Of a stretch of DNA of 64,000 bases, positions 1 to 9,161 are shown piece by piece. Position numbers and translations under genes: made by a program. The notes beneath the pieces are model-generated. The model worked only from the letters and a program-made list of their open reading frames with translations. It was not told the DNA's origin and ran no database searches. Within the stretch, counting starts at the first letter, position 1, and each line of letters opens with the position of its first letter. Source of the DNA: a virus; IMG/VR virus record IMGVR_UViG_3300006947_000003, positions 58,451-122,450 of that record. The stretch is one strand, 5' to 3'.

Positions 1-409
1 AATTGTTATTAGTAGAATCGTATACTTGCTCTGTTGTGCTAATGCCTGTAATTTTTAGCAAACCTACTGCTGTTGTATTTCTTTTAGGTTTGTATGACAA
101 CAACGTAGCAAGGCGTAATACTGAATCTTGTCGTTGTGCTGTTTCTAAAAAGTTTTCCCTGGCGTTTAAATCTTGCCTATATGCTAAACTCTGGCCAAAG
201 AATGCAATTAAATCAATAAGGGCAATGTATTCCGAGCTTTCAACAAAATCATTGAAATCCTCAGGATATTGTTTCCTAAGGTACGATATCATCGTAGTTC
301 TTAATGTTTCAAAATCATAACTCTGGAAGTCAGCACTTTTAAAAGTTTGATAAACTTTTTTCCAATCCTCACTTACAAATAAATTTGTTTGTCTTGTACT
401 AGTAGCCAT
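1..409 (-). CDS. gp6: Baseplate wedge protein (T4 gp6-like), 5' part only; runs off the window edge
   Basis: Not in the ORF track. Manual translation from ATG at 409: MATSTRQTNLFVSEDWKKVYQTFKSADFQSYDFETLRTTMISYLR...QDLNARENFLETAQRQDSVLRLATLLSYKPKR, the typical gp6 N-terminus. Overlaps the end of gp25. Confidence 0.85.
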   Translation of the reverse strand, partial: MATSTRQTNLFVSEDWKKVYQTFKSADFQSYDFETLRTTMISYLRKQYPEDFNDFVESSEYIALIDLIAFFGQSLAYRQDLNARENFLETAQRQDSVLRLATLLSYKPKRNTTAVGLLKITGISTTEQVYDSTNNN

Positions 410-806
410 TTGCTGTTCCTGTGTTTGAAGATCCTAACGAAACACTAGATGCTTCTTTGTTAAATGTAAATAACATTTTTTCAACTTGGTTAGTTGGAAT
501 ATATTTAAGCGTCATTGAAATCTTTATTCCGTGTTCGTGTGTTGTAGGCGTAATATTTAGCAATGATAACCTAGGATCATTATTTCCTATCGCTGTAATG
601 TTTTCAATTAAGGCATCATACATTTCGTCCGTAAATGGATCGTATAACATGTCCCATACTATACAACCAAAGTCAGGTCGCATAATTCTTTCACCTCGAC
701 GAACATTTAAATTATTTTGTAAGTCGATTTTAGCCGCTAAATAGTCAGTTACGGTCGGTGTAGCAAAATCGCTACCAGTTGTTGAAAAGCCTCTGTATAT
801 ACTCAT
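399..806 (-). CDS. gp25: Baseplate wedge subunit, gp25/GPW family
   Basis: RRGERIMRPDFGCIVWDMLYDP motif typical of gp25; lies upstream of gp6. Confidence 0.9.
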   Translation of the reverse strand: MSIYRGFSTTGSDFATPTVTDYLAAKIDLQNNLNVRRGERIMRPDFGCIVWDMLYDPFTDEMYDALIENITAIGNNDPRLSLLNITPTTHEHGIKISMTLKYIPTNQVEKMLFTFNKEASSVSLGSSNTGTANGY

Positions 807-819
807 ATAAATATTTATC
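806..819. promoter_or_regulatory. Overlapping divergent late-promoter boxes: TATAAATA (+, 806-813) and GATAAATA (-, 812-819)
   Basis: Match the T4 gp55 late promoter consensus; lie between divergent gp25 and the radical SAM gene. Confidence 0.6.
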
Positions 820-847
820 GTAATAGTAAAGTGAGCACTTAATTTTT

Positions 848-2005
848 ATGTTCGATTTTAATAAAATAGATTCTTTTCAGGTAGAAACGTCAACATATTG
901 TAATGTAGCGTGTCCATTGTGCCCTCGGCACTTCATGGGTACTAGTATTGTTCGCCCTACTTTACGCCAAAGACACATACTTGCTCCTCAATGGAACAAG
1001 TTTTTAGCAGATATGGACCATATTGCTACTACAACGCACCCTGTTAATATGGTTTTCTGTGGATGTCACGGTGATCCACCTATGACTCCTGACTGGGAAG
1101 AAATTATTATTAACACAGCAAATAGAAATTATATCATTGATGTTGAAACAAATGGTAGTATGCGAACACCAGACAGCTGGGCAAGAGTAGGGAAAGCAAT
1201 GGGCGAAGCTGAACAGCGCCTAGGACAAGAAAAAATAGTATCATTTAGCATAGATGGACTACAAGATACAAACAAATTATATCGTATAGGCATTAAACAC
1301 GAAAGAACAATAGCAAATGCAAAGGCATTTATAGATGCGGGCGGTAAAGCAAGGTGGAAGTTTATTGTATTTGAACACAATAAACACCAAGTAGAAGAAG
1401 CACAGCAAATAGCAAAGGATATGGGTTTTTGGGAATTTGATAAACATGTTTCAACAAGAAACTTTGAATACAACCACACAGAAGTTGAAAATAAAAACAC
1501 CGAGGCAAGAAGAAGTAATGCTGTGGAATTAAATGTACCTCAATCGATAGAAGTAGAAACAGATATTAAAAAAGCAAAAAGAGGAACAGGTGGTAAAATA
1601 TCAGACACAAAAAAAGAGTTAAACATTACTGATGAGGGTGCTAAAATTTATAGAGAAGTAGTCGAATCGTCTGATATGTCAAAAATTACCTGTGATTTTA
1701 AAGAAAGCAAAATGATGTATATTGATAGTGAAATGAATTTGTGGCCCTGTAATCATATTGCGGCAACAAAGCAAGAAGATATGACACATTATAATAAGTT
1801 AGAAAAAGAATACGGTGTAGGATGGAACAATTTAGAACATCATACAGCAGAAGATATATTTTATCACGAGTATTTTCAAAAGATTTTACCTACTACATGG
1901 AAAGATCCAAGTCACAAGTTATGTACTTACGAATGTCAAGAAATGTGTGGCGGTGGGTTACATAGTAAGGCTTGGGTGGCTAGTACAAATAGAGAAGAAT
2001 TATAG
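848..2005 (+). CDS. Radical SAM enzyme with Cys-rich C-terminal (SPASM/twitch-like) domain
   Basis: CNVACPLC (CxxxCxxC), ETNGS and FSIDGL motifs; C-terminal C...WPC...CxxECxxxC. Confidence 0.85.
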   Translation: MFDFNKIDSFQVETSTYCNVACPLCPRHFMGTSIVRPTLRQRHILAPQWNKFLADMDHIATTTHPVNMVFCGCHGDPPMTPDWEEIIINTANRNYIIDVETNGSMRTPDSWARVGKAMGEAEQRLGQEKIVSFSIDGLQDTNKLYRIGIKHERTIANAKAFIDAGGKARWKFIVFEHNKHQVEEAQQIAKDMGFWEFDKHVSTRNFEYNHTEVENKNTEARRSNAVELNVPQSIEVETDIKKAKRGTGGKISDTKKELNITDEGAKIYREVVESSDMSKITCDFKESKMMYIDSEMNLWPCNHIAATKQEDMTHYNKLEKEYGVGWNNLEHHTAEDIFYHEYFQKILPTTWKDPSHKLCTYECQEMCGGGLHSKAWVASTNREEL

Positions 2006-2016
2006 TTGTTGTATTT

Positions 2017-4035
2017 TTACAACAATCTCCTATTTAATTTCATCACATCTCTCATTTCTATATCTACATTTTCAGCATCACGTTCGGGTATTGTAATAGG
2101 AACACCGTTTATGAGATAATTGTATTCGTTGATTAACCATGCTATATCTTTTTTAAATCCTATACATCTATTAGTACACATCATCGAATATACTCTAGCT
2201 AGAAATTCATCTTCGCGTTTCACTACAGGCTTATCTTTATAAAGCTTCAAACCACTTAAATGTTCTAATAATGGGAAATTTGGGTTGGCCATAAAATTTT
2301 GATGTCTAAAATAGTCAGCATCAGACCATTGTCGATTATAAGGACCACCTAGTGATCTAATTCTATCTTCTTCCATCCATTTCCTACTTCCTGCGGTATG
2401 CGTGCCACCGAGGCGATTACAGTACTTTAAGCTGGCATAGATACCGCTGTGCTGATGTGTTCCTTTTGGCTTACCGTTTACAGAATCAATTGTGCCACCT
2501 ACACATGTTTGAGGTGTTTGTTGATAATGTATTAAATTCCTAGGCGCTACAATAAAATTATCTTGATTCCAAAACGTGTGTAACCTGGCCATTGTTTCTT
2601 GTGAAAGCATATTGAAGCCAGGATTCCATACTGAATATCCGCCGGTCATGCCGGTGAGTACTGAGCCTACGACTCCGTGGACACTACTGCTGGGCGGCGT
2701 TGTCACTGTGCCTGGAACATCGCCAGATCCCCATTTTGCTTCTTTAAGGAAATGAGCTGATTCATGCATTGTTGTAATTAAATGATCCCCAAAATCAGGC
2801 GAGGGAGCCGCCATTGAAATAGTCATCGAGTCTTGGGGGCCACGGATGTTCCTGCTTGAATTGCCTGAGGTAAACCCATACAGAATTGTTTGATTATTCA
2901 TATCTGCTTTGTTGATTCTTCCAGCAATGTAGTCGTCTACCCAGGTTAAATTCCCAGGATCAATCGAAAATTCATAGTCTATAATATAAAATGGAATTTT
3001 CTTAACATCAACGCCGCTATTTACTTCAGTTAAGTAAGGAGAAACTGGGCAATCCCACGAATCGATTGATTGTTTTAATTCTGACAGGTTAATATATTTG
3101 TTATCATGTCCATCCTGTAATGCTAATTTTATTGAAGATATGAACTCATTTTTTAAGTGATCTGATCCTATTCTATAAACCGTAATCTTTCCGCCATCTC
3201 GAGCCACATTGGAGTAGTAATGTTGATATACTTTTACAGTAGTATTAACCGATCCAATTGGCAGGCTAGCTAGCCTTGAAGCCCAAGGAACAAACTTGTC
3301 AAAATTTAATTTTGTGTCAACAACAGTAGTGCCTACCATAGCATTCTTGGTTACTTCAGGACCCATTATAGCAGTTATATCTATCGGAATTGTGTATAGC
3401 GATGGTTGAGTGCCACGCCAAGTTAAGTGTTCTATATATTTGTCGCCATCAAGTACTTCTATTTTAGACCAAAGAGATGTTAATACTTGGTCAACTGTAG
3501 TTCCGTCGTCTACCCATGTACATGGTGTACTTGCCCATCCTGTACCAATAGTCTGGTTGGACATTAGCATATCAATGTTAGGGATAGCTTTTTGTTTTTC
3601 CTCTGTGTCGGCGTTGTCAACTAACGCTTTTATTCTAGCTTGTTCTCTAGTTCTTACTGCTTGAAGCTCGTTTATTTTTATTTCTTCTATTTTGTCTGGC
3701 AGAACTGATGCTGGATTATATACAGTATAAACAGTATTATCGTCACCGATAAACACATTGTCACTACCACTAGCAGATTTATTAGGTACCCAACTAGAAT
3801 GGCCACCTGTAGGATCATCTTTTCTATGAACTTCTAAATCGTTTATAAAGACATTTGAACTGCCGCCAACCGCAGGGTCGCCACAAGAAGTTGTGTCGCC
3901 TATTCTTACAGTATTTTGATCATTTGTTATTACATCAGCTGACCCTGTAGCATATAGGTTTTGATGAAATGGATTTGGTGTGGGTGATGCATGGCCGACA
4001 TGTTTATCAACCCCTACCCTAGTTACTGCGGCCAT
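2017..4035 (-). CDS. PAAR spike-tip protein (gp5.4-like) fused to a long C-terminal domain with an HExxH metallopeptidase motif
   Basis: First ~98 aa are PAAR-like (VRIGDTTSCGDPAVGGSSNVFIND..HRKDDPTGGH..GSDNVFIGD); TMHESAHFL and a later EDEFLAR; directly downstream of the gp5-like gene. Confidence 0.8.
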   Translation of the reverse strand: MAAVTRVGVDKHVGHASPTPNPFHQNLYATGSADVITNDQNTVRIGDTTSCGDPAVGGSSNVFINDLEVHRKDDPTGGHSSWVPNKSASGSDNVFIGDDNTVYTVYNPASVLPDKIEEIKINELQAVRTREQARIKALVDNADTEEKQKAIPNIDMLMSNQTIGTGWASTPCTWVDDGTTVDQVLTSLWSKIEVLDGDKYIEHLTWRGTQPSLYTIPIDITAIMGPEVTKNAMVGTTVVDTKLNFDKFVPWASRLASLPIGSVNTTVKVYQHYYSNVARDGGKITVYRIGSDHLKNEFISSIKLALQDGHDNKYINLSELKQSIDSWDCPVSPYLTEVNSGVDVKKIPFYIIDYEFSIDPGNLTWVDDYIAGRINKADMNNQTILYGFTSGNSSRNIRGPQDSMTISMAAPSPDFGDHLITTMHESAHFLKEAKWGSGDVPGTVTTPPSSSVHGVVGSVLTGMTGGYSVWNPGFNMLSQETMARLHTFWNQDNFIVAPRNLIHYQQTPQTCVGGTIDSVNGKPKGTHQHSGIYASLKYCNRLGGTHTAGSRKWMEEDRIRSLGGPYNRQWSDADYFRHQNFMANPNFPLLEHLSGLKLYKDKPVVKREDEFLARVYSMMCTNRCIGFKKDIAWLINEYNYLINGVPITIPERDAENVDIEMRDVMKLNRRLL

Positions 4036-4037
4036 AC

Positions 4038-5423
4038 CTATTCTCCTGTGCTACTAGTACCGACTACTAATACGCCGTCTACACCTATTGTAACACTTAC
4101 TTGACTAGTTAAGCCAGCGGCTGTTTTGTCTTGTGTAAAAGATGCCGGATCATAATCTTCATGTTGTCCCCACGGTTCGTGGTTTGGTATTCTTGCTGTT
4201 GCTGATCCTGTATGTTCTGGCGGTAGATTGCCGCCAGAGTTCATGTGAATTAACGCACCTTTTTGTAAAATGTTTCCTGTTGATCTTATTCCTATAGTCC
4301 CAACAGAGTCGATAGATGTAATACCTGTTGTTACTATATCAGTGTCACCACTTGCCATCATATTAATATTCTTTGCTTTTACATTAAAGTTTTCATCTGC
4401 TGTAATATTATAATCGCCTTTTGTGTGAAGACTAACTGAGTCAGTAGCAAATATATCAATTTTGCCTTCTGAAGTTATTTCAACCCAAGATGTACCTTTT
4501 GAGTTTGCTATGTATATTAAATCTTTCTTATCGTGTAATAGTATTTGAGCGCCTTTACCAGAACGTAATCTAATTAAGTTATTGTTGCCATCAATTGTTC
4601 CGTCATCCATACTAAACGAATGCCCTGGCTTCCTGTTCAAAATATCTATCTCACTTAATGTTAATGTGTCTGGGGAGTTTTTATATTTTTCTAATATAGC
4701 AGGATTGTCTTCTGGGTCAGGCACTGGTCTTCCTTTGGTCGACATACCTAATACACTAGCAGGTGCTTCTCGTTCGATACTAGTTATGGTTGTTCCTCTA
4801 GTAGTATCAAATAACAATCCTTGGGTTTTAAGAGTAGTTGCCATCAGTTTATCAAATGCCCATTTTACTTTTTGTACTGCTTCTAAACTTGCTTGTTTTA
4901 TTGATTTTAAGTTTTTCTCTAATACAGGAAAGGTAATACCTGTTTCATAAAACGTGGCCTTGTCGGCATCACTAAATGATATATTTCCTTTATGTTTAGA
5001 ACTGCCCCTTCCTATTGTTGTTGTATTTTGGAAAGCAGTTGGAATAAAAGCAATTATATAACCCTGTGCCCGGTCACCATTAGCAAACACAACTAAACAA
5101 TTTGTGCCAACATCAGGTGCTGATATAGTTATGCCGTAACTTGAACTGCCGTCCCAAGTTTCTTTAGATCGTGTATTACTTCCGGTAGTGTACGGTGTAT
5201 TGCCATAATGCGGCAATGCGATTGTAACATCGAGCCATGTATTTGGATTGTCAATTGAAGTATTGCTTGTAGCATCTATTAATGCTACAGACACTCTGTT
5301 GTTTTTTGTGGGATCACCCACAGCTTTTATTTCAGCAACAAACGGGCCTGCTTGGTCAGTCGGGCCGTACTGTTTGCCTGTACGAGTTTTATCTGTTTTG
5401 TAAACTGGTACTCTATTTTCCAT
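4038..5423 (-). CDS. gp5: Baseplate central spike (gp5/VgrG-like); no recognisable lysozyme domain
   Basis: N-terminal OB-fold motifs (DPTKNNRVSV..PDVGTNCLVVF); GHSFSMDDG..LIRLRSGKGAQILLHD; beta-helix repeats; RIPNHEPWGQHE end. Confidence 0.75.
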   Translation of the reverse strand: MENRVPVYKTDKTRTGKQYGPTDQAGPFVAEIKAVGDPTKNNRVSVALIDATSNTSIDNPNTWLDVTIALPHYGNTPYTTGSNTRSKETWDGSSSYGITISAPDVGTNCLVVFANGDRAQGYIIAFIPTAFQNTTTIGRGSSKHKGNISFSDADKATFYETGITFPVLEKNLKSIKQASLEAVQKVKWAFDKLMATTLKTQGLLFDTTRGTTITSIEREAPASVLGMSTKGRPVPDPEDNPAILEKYKNSPDTLTLSEIDILNRKPGHSFSMDDGTIDGNNNLIRLRSGKGAQILLHDKKDLIYIANSKGTSWVEITSEGKIDIFATDSVSLHTKGDYNITADENFNVKAKNINMMASGDTDIVTTGITSIDSVGTIGIRSTGNILQKGALIHMNSGGNLPPEHTGSATARIPNHEPWGQHEDYDPASFTQDKTAAGLTSQVSVTIGVDGVLVVGTSSTGE

Positions 5424-5426
5424 AAT

Positions 5427-8015
5427 TTATCCCACGTTGTTCCAATCTATGTCCATTGCCACAGTAACGTCGCCATCAGGAACATTTGTTTTCCAAGCTT
5501 CATATCCTGTTGTGCCTGGTTGGATATCTGCATGTATAGTAGATTCGCCTTCAGGCTCTTTTTCAATTTCTTGATTAGTTACCCGTATTATTTCTAATTC
5601 TTGTTTAAATGTGTTATTTTCTATCGTTGTTTTAATTAACGTAATTTTGTAATAACCACTAAACAAACTAATACTATTTCCATACTCGGTGTCGCCGCTG
5701 TGCGTTGCCATTAATCCTGTTTCGGTATCAATGTCAGGCGGCGTCTTAAAATTAATTTGAATAGTAGGATCTCGGTGTGTATTAACTGAACCATTTACAT
5801 ACAGTGAATTATTTACTGATAATCCAAATCCCTCGTCTTGTGTGATCCAATCCGGGTCACCGACGATTGTTATCTTTCCAGTCATTGCGTCAACACCTTT
5901 CGAGTATATCTGCGACATAAAATTCTGGGCCATAACAGTTCGATAATCTGATTTACTACCAGCACTCCAATCGTTTTGGTCAGTTCTAGTAAGGCTATAA
6001 GCTCTGTGATCAAACACTACATGGCCTTGGGCATCTCCAAATCTATAAACTGGAACTATTGAAGTACCTAGGGGTGTTGCGCCTTTGTCGATGGCATTTT
6101 CAAGCCCTGACGCATATCCGCCTATCATCTTCTTTTGAAATCCTGCGGCACTAAAATCTAAATCAAAATCTAATACATCTTTATTTTGGCCGGTATATAT
6201 CCAATTGTACTTCTTAACAATATCCGTTGTACCGTACGAAGGTAACGAATCTGGAGAATTACCTTTCGATTCGTGTAACGTTATAACATATTTAATTTTT
6301 TTCTGGTATTGTCCTCTAGTATTATCCCACTCTCCTACTGTTACAATTGGTGTTATTTTATAAAGTAAAATCGGTGACTTTTCTGATTCTATTAATTTAT
6401 ACGTTGTTGCAGGATCATTGAACATAGGTCCAGCTTTTGTTTTTTCATATCCCGGCTGTACAGTAACCTGGTCAGTCATAAATGAACTAGATGAAATTAT
6501 GGTATGAATAACATTAACAATTGACACACCAGCGTTTAATTGAATTGATTTGCTACCCTTTGGGTTAACTGCTGAAATATTGCTTTTATACTGTAGAATT
6601 CCTGGTGCATCTAGCTTGCCGGTGTATACAGCGTAATTATTAATATCTAGAGAATCAGCTTTTAGGATTTTAGCATTTAATAATTTTTTCATGTTTTCGG
6701 GGCCGCATCCATTGTCTATCGAAAAAGAATACTCATCCGGGAAATCAGGCTTTGTTATATTTCTGCCGGCATCTTGGATATTTTCGGTCCATTGTTGATT
6801 TATAATATCTGGGAAATCCTTAAAGCCTAAGCCTTTTTTAGCAACTGTAACTGTTTTATTTTGATAACCTAATTGAGGTACGCCAAGTTGCGTCACTTGT
6901 TGTCTGTTAACATACTGAATACCCTGACTTGTATTATTATCTACAGCATATCCTACTTCAGTAATGCCGAAAAAATCAGCTATAGTTTCACAGTTAACTT
7001 GTATATCATTTGGCAAAGAACCAGTAGTTTCACTAAATGCCGAATCGGAATATTTATACAATGATACATTATACTCTGATCCGTTCTGTGAAACATTGAA
7101 GTTAATGTCGCCAATTTTTAACATTAAATATTTTGTGGAATTGTCTAGTGTTACTGGTCTCCCTGAATCGTCGACGCCTTTAAAACTTATCTTTAACATA
7201 TAAGGCATTTCAATATACCACTTGCTTTTAAACCCAACTGCCGCTTTTATTAAGTTCTCTAATAATGTAGCCCCGTAAGGCTCAGATATTTTCATACTTA
7301 CGTTAGTTACTTTTGCTCCAGCGTGTGATTTTGTGCCAACATAACTATCAATGCTAATATCGTCAATATGATAATTTTTTTGAAAGAATCGATTATGATT
7401 AGAATTGCCGCCTGTTAATGTTCGTTGAACACCAGCTGAGCTCATTAATAATCTTCCTGGTTTTTTAGCGAAATTAAATGCTAACGTAGAGAAACTATCT
7501 GTGGGGTTTGTTGATATTAATGTATCTTGAATGTCATTAAAATCCTCAAACGGCATCATATAAAAGTCATATTGAATACTATATGATGCTAGTGTGTGTA
7601 ATTGATTTGGTCTGATATCTACTCGCTTTTTAGATGTCCCTTTTGCTGTGGCAGATGCATCTGTGTTTTCAACAATAACTTGATCTTCTACATCGGCCTC
7701 TTGCCCAACACCAACCTCAACAGGTGTCGAAACAGCTACAACTGGCGGAGTAAGAAAGGCTGTACCACCATCTTCATCGTTCAGATGTGTCTTCAGAATT
7801 TCGAGCTCGTCCTCAAGAAGTTCAACTCTATCCTCATGATCGACCATCTCGTCCGCGTCATAATATTTTGTTACGCCATCGGCTTCATATCCACCGAGTA
7901 CACCGTCTTCCCATAAAAGCTTCGAATCACCTACATTGTTGCCATACTCATCTACCGCAATAAAGGCGGCAAGTTCTGCCTCGGATTGCTGAATCTCAAG
8001 TTCTATGGGTGTCAT
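5427..8015 (-). CDS. Large baseplate hub/tail protein (gp27-like position)
   Basis: 862 aa between gp53-like and gp5-like genes; ITIVGDPDWI and FSGYYKITLIKTTIENNTFKQELEIIR resemble the C-terminus of hub proteins. Confidence 0.55.
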   Translation of the reverse strand: MTPIELEIQQSEAELAAFIAVDEYGNNVGDSKLLWEDGVLGGYEADGVTKYYDADEMVDHEDRVELLEDELEILKTHLNDEDGGTAFLTPPVVAVSTPVEVGVGQEADVEDQVIVENTDASATAKGTSKKRVDIRPNQLHTLASYSIQYDFYMMPFEDFNDIQDTLISTNPTDSFSTLAFNFAKKPGRLLMSSAGVQRTLTGGNSNHNRFFQKNYHIDDISIDSYVGTKSHAGAKVTNVSMKISEPYGATLLENLIKAAVGFKSKWYIEMPYMLKISFKGVDDSGRPVTLDNSTKYLMLKIGDINFNVSQNGSEYNVSLYKYSDSAFSETTGSLPNDIQVNCETIADFFGITEVGYAVDNNTSQGIQYVNRQQVTQLGVPQLGYQNKTVTVAKKGLGFKDFPDIINQQWTENIQDAGRNITKPDFPDEYSFSIDNGCGPENMKKLLNAKILKADSLDINNYAVYTGKLDAPGILQYKSNISAVNPKGSKSIQLNAGVSIVNVIHTIISSSSFMTDQVTVQPGYEKTKAGPMFNDPATTYKLIESEKSPILLYKITPIVTVGEWDNTRGQYQKKIKYVITLHESKGNSPDSLPSYGTTDIVKKYNWIYTGQNKDVLDFDLDFSAAGFQKKMIGGYASGLENAIDKGATPLGTSIVPVYRFGDAQGHVVFDHRAYSLTRTDQNDWSAGSKSDYRTVMAQNFMSQIYSKGVDAMTGKITIVGDPDWITQDEGFGLSVNNSLYVNGSVNTHRDPTIQINFKTPPDIDTETGLMATHSGDTEYGNSISLFSGYYKITLIKTTIENNTFKQELEIIRVTNQEIEKEPEGESTIHADIQPGTTGYEAWKTNVPDGDVTVAMDIDWNNVG

Positions 8016-8016
8016 G

Positions 8017-8316
8017 TTATAGTCCTAATGCCGTAGTAACCGTATTCCTCGTTGGCAATCGTATTATAGTGCCGGCAGTAAAGTCCCATATAGGATCTTT
8101 AATTATGTCTCGGTTACGGTTAACAAACACCCACCATAATCCTACGTTACCGTATAAATCAAATGCTAATAAATCTGGTCGATGTTCGTATTTTTTCATA
8201 ATAGTATATGATGGATCGTCATCTTCGTTGGGAATAGTTCGCATATTTAAGATATCTAATTCGTTATTAAATTGTGTTGTTTCTAGATAAGGGCTAGAAT
8301 TTGAATATGTTGCCAT
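8017..8316 (-). CDS. gp53: Baseplate wedge protein gp53-like (LysM/tail X type)
   Basis: YEHRPDLLAFDLYGNVGLWWVF..N..IKDPIWDFTAGTIIRLP motif. Confidence 0.75.
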   Translation of the reverse strand: MATYSNSSPYLETTQFNNELDILNMRTIPNEDDDPSYTIMKKYEHRPDLLAFDLYGNVGLWWVFVNRNRDIIKDPIWDFTAGTIIRLPTRNTVTTALGL

Positions 8317-9086
8317 TATAGGAATCCACCTTTATCTGAAATCATTTGGCCGGTTGCTATGTCCTTCATACTAAATTTCGATAACTGGTCCCTACTGTAT
8401 ACTGGCATCATTGTTATAGATACATCTGTCATTGTTGGTACATTATCAGTGCCTATTGTTATATAATCAACTTCTCTAGGTAATGTTAAATCAAATGATG
8501 TTATAACAACTGGAACATTTGGAAGTATGTTTTGGCCGTGTCCTGATAACCTAAGGGTAATAGGAGGGTTTCCAGCATGTGGGTCGTCGTTTCTAAAACT
8601 CTTTGTTACTAATCGCATAAACGTAATAACTGCTAACACGTATTCTGCTTCAGCAACAGTTTGTGCTGTAAACTGGCCAAATATGTTAATTGTTCCGACA
8701 GATGAATTTTGATATACCTGATATGCATAATTTGTGTGTGCCGGTGACATACTGCTATAAGATGCTGTATTGTTTATAACTATTTGCGGCACAAACGGGA
8801 ATACTACACCGTTAGATGCCCGTAAGGGCTCCAACAGCCAATTTTTCTTATTATTGTAGAACATGTTCTTTGCACCAGGTGGCAGTGACAATCTTACCCG
8901 ATTGTCTCTACGGTCATGTAGTGTAGCACCTGTATCATACGAAACCGGGGTAAACCAGGACTCTATCGGATATCCTTCTACGCCAACGCCAGTTAGTTCT
9001 GCGGGATCTGTAAAAGGTGTTCCTTCCCAGGTCCAATAACGACTTCCATAGACACGGTCGTCTTGTGTTGGGTTATTATCTGCCAT
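8316..9086 (-). CDS. Tail tube initiator / baseplate-tube junction protein (gp48/gp54-like)
   Basis: GVVFPFVPQI and GNPPITLRLSGHG..LPNVPVVITSFDLTLP motifs. Start moved from 9143 to ATG 9086 (AGGA RBS; late box at 9115-9122 lies inside the longer ORF). Confidence 0.6.
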   Translation of the reverse strand: MADNNPTQDDRVYGSRYWTWEGTPFTDPAELTGVGVEGYPIESWFTPVSYDTGATLHDRRDNRVRLSLPPGAKNMFYNNKKNWLLEPLRASNGVVFPFVPQIVINNTASYSSMSPAHTNYAYQVYQNSSVGTINIFGQFTAQTVAEAEYVLAVITFMRLVTKSFRNDDPHAGNPPITLRLSGHGQNILPNVPVVITSFDLTLPREVDYITIGTDNVPTMTDVSITMMPVYSRDQLSKFSMKDIATGQMISDKGGFL

Positions 9087-9114
9087 ATTAATTCCTTTTT
9101 GTTCTTGCTCTTTG

Positions 9115-9122
9115 TATTTATA
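9115..9122 (-). promoter_or_regulatory. T4-type late promoter TATAAATA for the baseplate operon
   Basis: Exact consensus about 30 nt upstream of ATG 9086. Confidence 0.7.
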
Positions 9123-9161
9123 TATGTTATTATATGAGTACATAATAAAAGGAGTTGATTT

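Noticed and set aside
3-320. Plus-strand 105 aa ORF, and the many other short ORFs antisense to real genes (e.g. 421-744, 4582-4950, 22292-22804, 37003-40446, 56677-57168, 63075-63356)
   Set aside because: They are shadows of well-supported genes on the opposite strand, with no RBS or recognisable motifs.
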